NCBI GenBank assembly: GCA_033722135.1
Contig: JAWVZO010000003.1
Location: 1-37,259 of the forward strand
Origin: Gammaproteobacteria bacterium
GTDB taxonomy: Bacteria > Pseudomonadota > Gammaproteobacteria > QNFN01
DNA: 37,259 bases
Reading direction: 5' to 3'
In this document: in pieces, positions 8,258-15,359 of the stretch
Position numbering within the stretch: the stretch's first letter is position 1
How the letters are laid out: each line of letters begins with the position of its first letter
Position numbers and translations under genes: made by a program
The notes under the pieces: model-generated
What the model was told of the DNA's origin: nothing
Database searches by the model: none
Seen by the model: only the letters and a program-made list of their open reading frames with translations

Positions 8258-9376
8258 TCAGCGCGCTGCCTTGACGTCGCGTGGTTGCACGAGGTCGCCG
8301 GTGTCGTTGCCCCAGGCGTTGCGCTCGTAGGTGACGATCGCCGCGATCTCTAGGTCGTTGAGCTGCCCTTTCCAGGGCGGCATCGCGGAGCCCGGCTTGC
8401 CGTGCAGCACGATGTCGATGTGCGGGCCGGTCGGGCCGGTGGCGATCGCGCTGCCCTTGAGCGGCGGGAAGGCGGGCTGCAGCCCCTCGCCGTTGATCTG
8501 GTGGCAGCTGGCGCACTTGGTGTTATAGAGGCCCTTGCCCTTCTCCATCAGGTCGGGCATGGACCACTCGATGTCGGCCGCCGCCTCGGCCTCGGCAGCC
8601 ACCTCGGCGGCCTTCGCCTCGGCGAGCCAGGTCTCGAACTCGGACTCGCTGACCGCCTCGACGACGATCGGCATCTTGGCGTGCCAGGTGCCGCAGAGCT
8701 CGGCGCACTGGCCGCGGTAGACGCCCTCGGTGTCGATCGTCGCCCAGGTCTCGGTGATGTAGCCGGGAATCGCGTCCTTCTTGAAGCCGAGCGCCGGGAC
8801 CCACATGGCGTGGTTGACGTCGGCGGAGGTGTGCAGGAAGCGCACCGGCCGATGGGTCGGCAGCACCAGACGGTTGTCGACGTCGCGCAGGTAGAGCCCG
8901 TCGTCGGCCTGGTCCTCCGGTAGCGCGCGGCTCTCGATGCGGATGCCGGAGTCCATGTACTCGTATTCCCAGTACCACTGGTGACCGGTCACCTTGACGT
9001 CGAGCATGCCCTCCTGCTTCGGCACGATCCACATCTCCTGGAGCACCTTCTGCGCCGAGCCGGCGATGGTCAGGTCGACGCCGAGCACCATCGCCGGGAC
9101 GATGATCCACGACCAGGTGCCGAACCAGGTCTTGTGAAAGTTCTGGTCGGGCTGGTAGCCGCGGCTCTTGCGGAACTTCCAGATCGCGAAGAAGACCACC
9201 CCGAACACGCCGATCAGCAGGATCGTCGAGATGCCCATGGTCAGCATGTGGAGGTCGTAGATGTCACGCGCGATCGGGGTCGCCGGCGGCGGGAAGTTCA
9301 GGCCGTACTCGGCCCGCGCGGGGGCGGCCGAAACCAGCAGGAGAGGCAAAAACCACAACGATCGGATTGTTTTCAT
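8258..9376 (-). CDS. coxB: Cytochrome c oxidase subunit II with C-terminal cytochrome c (caa3-like); alternative start 9388
   Basis: Signal peptide, two TM helices, 'GHQWYWEY', CuA 'DVNH...CAELCGTWHAKM', C-terminal 'CASCH...M' heme c domain. Confidence 0.96.
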   Translation of the reverse strand: MKTIRSLWFLPLLLVSAAPARAEYGLNFPPPATPIARDIYDLHMLTMGISTILLIGVFGVVFFAIWKFRKSRGYQPDQNFHKTWFGTWSWIIVPAMVLGVDLTIAGSAQKVLQEMWIVPKQEGMLDVKVTGHQWYWEYEYMDSGIRIESRALPEDQADDGLYLRDVDNRLVLPTHRPVRFLHTSADVNHAMWVPALGFKKDAIPGYITETWATIDTEGVYRGQCAELCGTWHAKMPIVVEAVSESEFETWLAEAKAAEVAAEAEAAADIEWSMPDLMEKGKGLYNTKCASCHQINGEGLQPAFPPLKGSAIATGPTGPHIDIVLHGKPGSAMPPWKGQLNDLEIAAIVTYERNAWGNDTGDLVQPRDVKAAR

Positions 9377-9410
9377 GCGCGCAAGCATAGCAGGCTCGGA
9401 GCCGTGGAAA

Positions 9411-9953
9411 TCAGGTGATCGCGGAGCGGGTCCGCACGGGCACGACGGGCAGCGGATCGGCCTCGGCGAGGCGCGGTTTCGGCGCGGCGAGCGAGGCGAG
9501 TGCCTCGGCCAGTTCCTGCCGCTCCTCCTCGACCAGCCGGGCACCGACCTCCAGGCTGCGCCCGTGGGATCGGAGCAGCAGCCGGCTCGGGTACCAGCCC
9601 GTCGGGTCGCGGGCCAGGATCACGCGCACCCAGGCTCGCTGGAAGCGGTGTTCCTCCTCGGGCCGCGAACGGCCACGTTGCACGACCAGGCTGTCCGGTC
9701 CGACGCGGATCACCTCGACCTGGCGGCTCCAGCGGCAGGCGAGGTAGAGCGCGGCGCCGAGCAGCAGCATCTCGGCGCCGGCGAATGGCAGCACCAGCCA
9801 GGCGCCGCGCAGCGCGAACCACCCGGCGATCGCCGAAGTGAGCAGCAGCATCGCCGCGCAGCACCACTTGGCCGCGCGCCACGGCAGCGAGCCGTTCGGG
9901 CGGAGTGTCAGGACGAGGCCGTCGCCGTCGTCGTGGGCGGTGCGGATGATCAT
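9411..9953 (-). CDS. DUF2244-family membrane protein
   Basis: 'LRPNGSL', 'GAWLVLPFAGAE', 'G..VEVG..L.EEER..LA..L'; usual position upstream of coxB. Start 9953 preferred over 10013 because of the promoter geometry. Confidence 0.85.
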   Translation of the reverse strand: MIIRTAHDDGDGLVLTLRPNGSLPWRAAKWCCAAMLLLTSAIAGWFALRGAWLVLPFAGAEMLLLGAALYLACRWSRQVEVIRVGPDSLVVQRGRSRPEEEHRFQRAWVRVILARDPTGWYPSRLLLRSHGRSLEVGARLVEEERQELAEALASLAAPKPRLAEADPLPVVPVRTRSAIT

Positions 9954-9985
9954 GATGGACCGGTCCGGCGGACTGTATTGGCCCG

Positions 9986-10027
9986 ATTGTCCCGCATGAG
10001 GCGCGACGGCCATTTGACTTACCGCAA
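9986..10027 (-). promoter_or_regulatory. Candidate class II FNR/ANR-dependent promoter of the cox operon
   Basis: TTGAC-ttac-CGCAA at 10014-10027 (7/10 to TTGAT-N4-ATCAA). With -10 GACAAT (minus strand, 9991-9986) the box is centred at -41.5. Confidence 0.45.
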
Positions 10028-10044
10028 CAATCTGGCGTCCCGGG

Positions 10045-10734
10045 TCAGGTCGGGCGCACCTCCGGCGGCGGTCGCAGGGCCTCCGCGCTCTCTTCCGGCG
10101 TCGCCGACGGCAGGTGGGGCAGGATGCCGAGGCACGGTGCGTGGAGCCGTCCGCGGAGCGTATCGATCTGCGCGTCGAGGCGCTCCGTGCCGGGCTCGAT
10201 GCAGTTCGCCACCCAGCCGGCGAGGCGCAGGCCGCGCGCGGCGATGCTCTCCGCCGTGAGCAGCGCGTGGTTCAGGCAGCCGAGGCGCATCCCGACCACC
10301 AGCACCGCGTCGAGGTCGAGCACGCCGGCCAGGTCGGCGAGCGTGTGCCGGTCGTCGAGCGGGACCAGCCAACCGCCCGCCCCCTCGACCACGACCACGT
10401 CGGCCCCCTCGGCCAGCACGCGGTAGGCCGCGGCCAGCCGGGCGAGGTCCAGCGCGACCCCGGCCTCGGCGGCGGCGATGTGCGGCGCGATCGGCGGGGC
10501 GAGCGCGTAGGGGTTGATCTCTTCATAGGGCCGCTCCCGGGACGCGCAGGCCATCAGCCGCAGCGCGTCGTCGTTGCGCAGGCCGTGCCCGAGGTCCTCG
10601 CAACCGGCCGCGACCGGCTTCATACCGGCCACCTCCAGGCCCGCCGCGCGCAACCGCAGCATCAGCGCGGCGGCGACGCGCGTCTTGCCGACCCCGGTGT
10701 CGGTGCCGGTGACGAACAGGCCTCGCGCGGTCAC
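10045..10734 (-). CDS. bioD: Dethiobiotin synthase
   Basis: 'FVTGTDTGVGKT', 'MKPVAAG', 'VVEGAGGW', 'LGCLNHALLT'. Confidence 0.96.
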   Translation of the reverse strand: MTARGLFVTGTDTGVGKTRVAAALMLRLRAAGLEVAGMKPVAAGCEDLGHGLRNDDALRLMACASRERPYEEINPYALAPPIAPHIAAAEAGVALDLARLAAAYRVLAEGADVVVVEGAGGWLVPLDDRHTLADLAGVLDLDAVLVVGMRLGCLNHALLTAESIAARGLRLAGWVANCIEPGTERLDAQIDTLRGRLHAPCLGILPHLPSATPEESAEALRPPPEVRPT

Positions 10735-11588
10735 GGCGCGCGGCGCAGGGCGCCCACCGGCACGGCACGTTCGCCGGTGTCGGCGGGGGCCCGCCAGGCG
10801 TGGCCGTAGACCACCTCGTAGGTGGCCGGGAGGGTGCCGTCTTCGCGCCGGAAGGTAGCGTAGGCGTCGGCCAGTGTGGCCAGCGCGCGCCGCCCGGTAA
10901 GCCCGCGCGGACGGCCGGCGGTGACGTTGTGGGCACCGATCGCCTTCAGGTCGCGCATCAGCCCGAGGACGTCCGGGTAGGTGAGCGTGATGTGCTCGCA
11001 GTCCATGACCGGGTCGGCGAAGCGCGCGCCGAGCAGGGCGTCTCCGAGGTCGTGCAGGTCGAAGAAGGCGTTGACGTGGTTGCGGTCGTCGACCTCGGCC
11101 CAGCTAGCACGCAGCTCTCCGAGGGTGTCGGGCCCGAAGGTCGTGAACAGCAGCAGGCCGCCCGGGCGCAGCACCCGGTGCAGCTCCGCGAAGACCGCGG
11201 CGGGGTCGAGACACCACTGCAGCGCGAGGTTGGAGAACAGCAGGTCGACGCTGCGTTCGGCCAGCGGCAGCGTGCCGAGGTCGCCGCAGATCCAATGGGG
11301 TCCGGGCCCGACCCGGCGCCGGGCCTCGGCGAGCATGGCCGGCGCCAGGTCGAGCCCGACCAGCCGTGTTTCGGGGAACCGCTCCGACAGGCCCGCGCTC
11401 TGACGGCCGGTGCCGCAGCCCAGGTCGACCGCCACCCGCGGTTCGAGGCGCATCCACTCCAGCCGCTCGAGCAGCCGCCGGCCGACCTCGTGCTGCAGCA
11501 CGGCCGCGGCGTCGTAGCTCGACGCCGCGCGGTCGAACGAGTCGCGCACGTCGCGGCGGTCGTGGCTCCAGGGTTGCGGTTCAGGCAT
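10731..11588 (-). CDS. bioC: Malonyl-ACP O-methyltransferase
   Basis: 'FDRAASSYDAAAVLQHEV', SAM motif 'VDLGCGTG', 'SNLALQW', 'TFGPDTLGELR'; ATG 11588 overlaps the bioH 3' end. Confidence 0.93.
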   Translation of the reverse strand: MPEPQPWSHDRRDVRDSFDRAASSYDAAAVLQHEVGRRLLERLEWMRLEPRVAVDLGCGTGRQSAGLSERFPETRLVGLDLAPAMLAEARRRVGPGPHWICGDLGTLPLAERSVDLLFSNLALQWCLDPAAVFAELHRVLRPGGLLLFTTFGPDTLGELRASWAEVDDRNHVNAFFDLHDLGDALLGARFADPVMDCEHITLTYPDVLGLMRDLKAIGAHNVTAGRPRGLTGRRALATLADAYATFRREDGTLPATYEVVYGHAWRAPADTGERAVPVGALRRAP

Positions 11589-12348
11589 CGAGAAACGCCT
11601 CGACGGCCTTGGTGCAAGGGGCCAGCGCGGACAGGAACGGCGCGTGGCAGGCGCCGTCGAGCACCTCGACCCGCGCCTGCGGCCACGAGGCGAGCCGCCC
11701 GGCGACACCCGCGGGGACGAGCGTGTCCCGCGCGCCGAGGAGCCACAGGGACGGCACCCGCAGGGCCGCCGAGACGGAGGTGAGATCGCTCCGCGCCAGG
11801 AGTTCGAGCCCGGTCGCCAGGGCGTCGGGATCGGGCTGACCCCCGGCGGCGAGGACGGTGCGCAGCACACGCCGCACCGAGCGCTCGGCGTCGTCGCCGT
11901 GGGCCACCAGCCCGGCGAACCGGTTCAGCGTGGTCGCGACATCTCGCGCCAGGTCGTGCCTGAAGGCGTCGAGCGTGTCGGGCGGCAGGGCGTCGGGCCA
12001 CGCTTCGGTCGCGGTGAAGCGCGGCGTCGTCGCCAGCAGCACGAGACGCCCGAAGCGCTCCGGCCTGGCCAGCGCGAGCTGCAGGCAGGCGAGGCCGCCG
12101 AGCGACCAGCCGAGCCAGTCGCGCGTGTCGGGCAGCGTCGCGTCGAGCTGGGCGGCGAGGCCCTGCAGGTGGTCGGGCATCGGCAGGCCGCGGCTGCCGC
12201 CGTGGCCCGGGAGCTCGACCAGCTCCACCGTGCGCCGGCGGGCCAGCGACTCGGCCAGCGAGCGCAGCGTCGCGGCGCCGAAGCCCCAGCCGTGGACGAT
12301 GGCCAGCGGCGGCCCCTCGCCGAAGCGGATCACCTGCAGCGGGGTCAC
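11581..12348 (-). CDS. bioH: Pimeloyl-ACP methyl ester carboxylesterase
   Basis: GTG start overlapping the bioF stop; 'VHGWG', 'ELPGHG', nucleophile 'GWSLGG', 'D.LVP', 'HAPFLS'. Confidence 0.92.
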   Translation of the reverse strand: MTPLQVIRFGEGPPLAIVHGWGFGAATLRSLAESLARRRTVELVELPGHGGSRGLPMPDHLQGLAAQLDATLPDTRDWLGWSLGGLACLQLALARPERFGRLVLLATTPRFTATEAWPDALPPDTLDAFRHDLARDVATTLNRFAGLVAHGDDAERSVRRVLRTVLAAGGQPDPDALATGLELLARSDLTSVSAALRVPSLWLLGARDTLVPAGVAGRLASWPQARVEVLDGACHAPFLSALAPCTKAVEAFLDA

Positions 12349-13493
12349 GCGGGCAGTTCCGCGAGGCCGTCGAGCAGGCGGTCGACCTGCGCCTCGTCGT
12401 GGGCGGCGGAGAAGGTGATGCGCAGCCGGGCGGTGCCGTCGGGAACGGTCGGGGGTCGGATCGCGGTGACCAGCAACCCCCGGGCCTCGAGCGCGCGGCT
12501 GGCGTCCAGGGCGCGTGCCGCGTCGCCGAGCACCAGGGCCTGGATCGGAGACTGCGACGGCAGCAGCTCGAGGCCGAGTGCCCCGGCGCCGGCCCGGAAA
12601 CGGGCGACCAGCTCGGCGAGCCGATCGCGACGCCACTCTTCGTCGATCGCCAGGCGCAGGCTGGCGCGGGTCGCTGCGGCGACCGCCGGCGGCAACGCGG
12701 TGGTGTAGATGTACGGCCGGGCGTGCTGGATCAGCGTCTCGATCATGGGCTCGTCCCCGGCCACGAAGGCTCCGAAGGTGCCGAACGCCTTGCCCAGCGT
12801 GCCGACCAGCAGCGGCACCTGCCCGGCGTCGAGCCCGGCCAGCGCGAGGCTGCCGCGTCCGCCGGGACCGGTGGCGCCGAGGCCGTGGGCATCGTCGACC
12901 AGCAGCCGGGCATCGTGTTCGCGACAGGTCGCGGCGAGTTCGGCGAGCGGCGCGACGTCGCCGTCCATGCTGAACACTCCGTCGGTCGCGACCAGCGCCC
13001 GGCCCGGCGCGCGTTTCAGCTGCTCGGCGAGCGAATCGGGGTCGGCGTGGCGATAGCGCAGCCGCCGCGCGCCGCTGAGGCGCGCGCCGTCGATCAGCGA
13101 GGCGTGGTTGAGGCGGTCCCCGATCACGCTGTCGCCGCGCCCGGCCAGCGCGGCGATGGTGCCGAGATTGGCCATGTAGCCGGTCGAGAAGAGCAGCGCA
13201 CGCGCGCGCCCGGTGAACGCGGCGAGCTCCTCCTCGAGGGCATGGTGCTCGGCGTGGTGGCCGTTGACCAGGTGGGCCGCGCCGCTGCCGCTGCCGAAAC
13301 GGCGTGCCGCGCTCGCGAACGCCTCGGCGACCCGCGGGTCGCCGGCGAGGCCGAGGTAATCGTTGCTGCAGAAGGCGAGCAGACGACGCCCGTCGACCAC
13401 CGCCTCCGGCCCGACCGGGCCGGAAACGACGCGTCGCTCGCGGTAGAGCCCCTCGGACCGCCTGCGATCGAGCGCCGCGGCCAGCGCCCTCAT
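12345..13493 (-). CDS. bioF: 8-amino-7-oxononanoate synthase
   Basis: '[10 protein letters not shown]', 'NHASLIDG', 'DGVFSMDGD', 'DDAHG', PLP lysine 'GTLGKAFG', 'IRPPTVP'; ATGA overlap with bioB. Confidence 0.96.
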   Translation of the reverse strand: MRALAAALDRRRSEGLYRERRVVSGPVGPEAVVDGRRLLAFCSNDYLGLAGDPRVAEAFASAARRFGSGSGAAHLVNGHHAEHHALEEELAAFTGRARALLFSTGYMANLGTIAALAGRGDSVIGDRLNHASLIDGARLSGARRLRYRHADPDSLAEQLKRAPGRALVATDGVFSMDGDVAPLAELAATCREHDARLLVDDAHGLGATGPGGRGSLALAGLDAGQVPLLVGTLGKAFGTFGAFVAGDEPMIETLIQHARPYIYTTALPPAVAAATRASLRLAIDEEWRRDRLAELVARFRAGAGALGLELLPSQSPIQALVLGDAARALDASRALEARGLLVTAIRPPTVPDGTARLRITFSAAHDEAQVDRLLDGLAELPA

Positions 13494-14527
13494 ACCGTGC
13501 CAGGCGCGGCGCGTCCGCTGGCGCAGGCGTTGCCGTAGAGCAGAGGGCCCCGGTCGGTGCCGCCGCTGTGCGCATGCTCGTGCTCGGCCTGCGCGTGCAG
13601 GTCGAGACGGGCGAACAGCGCCGCGTCGCGGTCGGGCGAGGCGTTGGGCGTGGTCAACAGCCGCTCGCCGTGGAACACCGAGTTGGCACCGGCGAGGAAG
13701 CAGAGCGCCTGCAGCTCGTCGCTCATCTGCTCGCGTCCGGCCGAGAGGCGGACCACCGAGTCCGGCATCAGGATGCGGGCGACGGCGACGGTGCGCACGA
13801 GCTCGAAGGGGTCGAGATCCGGGGCGTCGGCCAGCGGCGTGCCGGGCACCTTGACCAGGTGGTTGATCGGCACGCTCTCGGGGTGGCTCGGCAGGTTGGC
13901 GAGCTGCTGGAGCAGGCCGGCCCGGTCGGCGCGCGACTCGCCCATGCCGACGATGCCGCCGCAGCAGACGGCGAGGCCGGCCTCGCGCACCGCCGTGAGG
14001 GTCTGCAGGCGGTCGTCGTAGCCGCGCGTGGTGATCACCTCCGGGTAGTACTCCGGCGAGGTGTCGAGGTTGTGGTTGTAGTAGTCGAGGCCCGCGTCGC
14101 GCAGCGCGCGCGCCTGGGCGTCGCTGAGCATGCCGAGGGTCAGGCAGGTCTCGAGGCCCAGCTCCTTGACCTCGCGCACCATGTCGGCGACCAGCGCGAT
14201 GTCGCCGTCGCGCGGGCTGCGCCAGGCGGCCCCCATGCAGAAACGCGTCGCCCCCGCGTCCCGCGCCTTGCGCGCGGCGGCGAGCACCTCGTCGACCGCC
14301 AGCAGCCGCTCGCGCTCGAGTTCGGTGTCGTGGTGTGCGCTCTGCGGGCAATAGCCGCAGTCCTCGGGGCAGGCGCCGGTCTTGATGCTGAGCAGCGCGC
14401 TGACCTGGATCGCGCCGGACTCGTGGTGGGCGCGGTGCGTCTGCTGGGCGGCGAAGAGCAGGTCGTGGAACGGCTGCTCGAAGAGGGCGAGGACCTCGTC
14501 GCGGGTCCAGTCGTGGCGCTTGGTCAT
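13490..14527 (-). CDS. bioB: Biotin synthase
   Basis: Radical SAM '[11 protein letters not shown]', 'YNHNLDTS', 'ESVPIN', 'RLSAGR'. Confidence 0.98.
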   Translation of the reverse strand: MTKRHDWTRDEVLALFEQPFHDLLFAAQQTHRAHHESGAIQVSALLSIKTGACPEDCGYCPQSAHHDTELERERLLAVDEVLAAARKARDAGATRFCMGAAWRSPRDGDIALVADMVREVKELGLETCLTLGMLSDAQARALRDAGLDYYNHNLDTSPEYYPEVITTRGYDDRLQTLTAVREAGLAVCCGGIVGMGESRADRAGLLQQLANLPSHPESVPINHLVKVPGTPLADAPDLDPFELVRTVAVARILMPDSVVRLSAGREQMSDELQALCFLAGANSVFHGERLLTTPNASPDRDAALFARLDLHAQAEHEHAHSGGTDRGPLLYGNACASGRAAPGTV

Positions 14528-14578
14528 GGTCGTTCTGCCTGCTATGTTGGCCGGGCCCGGGACGGCGACGGGCGCCTC

Positions 14579-14606
14579 ATGGTAGGCGGCAGGAGGCCGC
14601 TGTCAA
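14579..14606 (-). promoter_or_regulatory. Sigma70 promoter of bioBFHCD (-35 TTGACA, 16 nt, -10 TACCAT)
   Basis: Minus strand: TTGACA 14606-14601, TACCAT 14584-14579, about 50 nt upstream of the bioB ATG. Confidence 0.7.
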
Positions 14607-14631
14607 CCGCGAAGGAACGCTATGGTTGACC
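14601..14631. promoter_or_regulatory. BirA biotin operator
   Basis: TGTCAACC-N15-GGTTGAC, matching the gammaproteobacterial BirA box TGTaAACC-N14..16-GGTTtACA and overlapping the bioB -35. Confidence 0.8.
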
Positions 14632-15329
14632 GATGGTTAAATAATATACAATTTGCCCTCTTTCCCCCGCACTGCCTGCTTTGCGGGGGACCCGGCGACG
14701 CCCCGCGCGACCTCTGCCGCCACTGCCACGACGCCCTGCCGCGCCTGACGGCCTGCTGCCCGGTCTGCGCCCTGCCGCTGGCGGAGGAGGCCGCGGGCCG
14801 CCCGTGCGGGCGCTGCCGGCGTCCGCCGCCCTTCGCCGCGACGCGCGCCGCCTTCCGCTACGCTCCACCGCTCGACCGCCTGGTGCTGGACATGAAATTC
14901 GCCGGTCGGCTGGCGCCGGCACGCCTGCTCGGTGGTCTGCTGGCCGAACACCTGGCGCGCGGCTCGGGACCGGGGCCCGAGATGCTGCTGCCGGTCCCGC
15001 TGCACCCGCGACGCCTGCGCGCGCGCGGCTTCAACCAGGCCGTGGAGCTGGCCCGGCCGGTCGCCGCGCGGCTGGGCCTCCCGCTCCACACCCGTGGTTG
15101 CCGCCGCGTGCGCGACACCCCCGCACAGAGCGGGCTCGGGGCCGGCGCCCGGCGGCGCAACGTCCGCGGCGCGTTCGCGGTCGACGCGCCGGTCGCTGGC
15201 CGCCGCGTGGCGCTGCTCGACGACGTGGTCACGACCGGCCACACCGTGACCGAACTGGCCCGTGCACTGGTCGCCGCGGGTGCCGAGCGGGTCGAGGTGT
15301 GGTGCCTGGCGCGTGCGCCGCGACCCTGA
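14622..15329 (+). CDS. comF: ComF/GntX-family protein (zinc ribbon + PRTase-like domain)
   Basis: Four CxxC pairs, 'PVPLHPRRLRARGFNQA', 'LLDDVVTTGHT'; divergent from bioB as is common in Gammaproteobacteria. Confidence 0.92.
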   Translation: MVDRWLNNIQFALFPPHCLLCGGPGDAPRDLCRHCHDALPRLTACCPVCALPLAEEAAGRPCGRCRRPPPFAATRAAFRYAPPLDRLVLDMKFAGRLAPARLLGGLLAEHLARGSGPGPEMLLPVPLHPRRLRARGFNQAVELARPVAARLGLPLHTRGCRRVRDTPAQSGLGAGARRRNVRGAFAVDAPVAGRRVALLDDVVTTGHTVTELARALVAAGAERVEVWCLARAPRP

Positions 15330-15330
15330 T

Positions 15331-15353
15331 CGGCTGCCGCCACGCGGCATCCG
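15331..15353. terminator. GC hairpin between convergent comF and the 669-aa gene
   Basis: CGGcTGCCGC-cac-GCGGCAtCCG (9 of 10 bp paired); no clear U-tract. Confidence 0.3.
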
Positions 15354-15359
15354 GCCGGT

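Noticed and set aside
11581-14351. Apparent 664-aa and 668-aa ORFs suggesting BioH or BioF fusions
   Set aside because: The N-terminal parts are Arg/Ala/Pro-rich off-frame readings of the upstream bio genes; real starts are at 12348 and 13493 with 4-nt overlaps.
10045-14527. Absence of bioA from the bio operon
   Set aside because: bioBFHCD with unlinked bioA is a common arrangement (e.g. Pseudomonas); not unusual.
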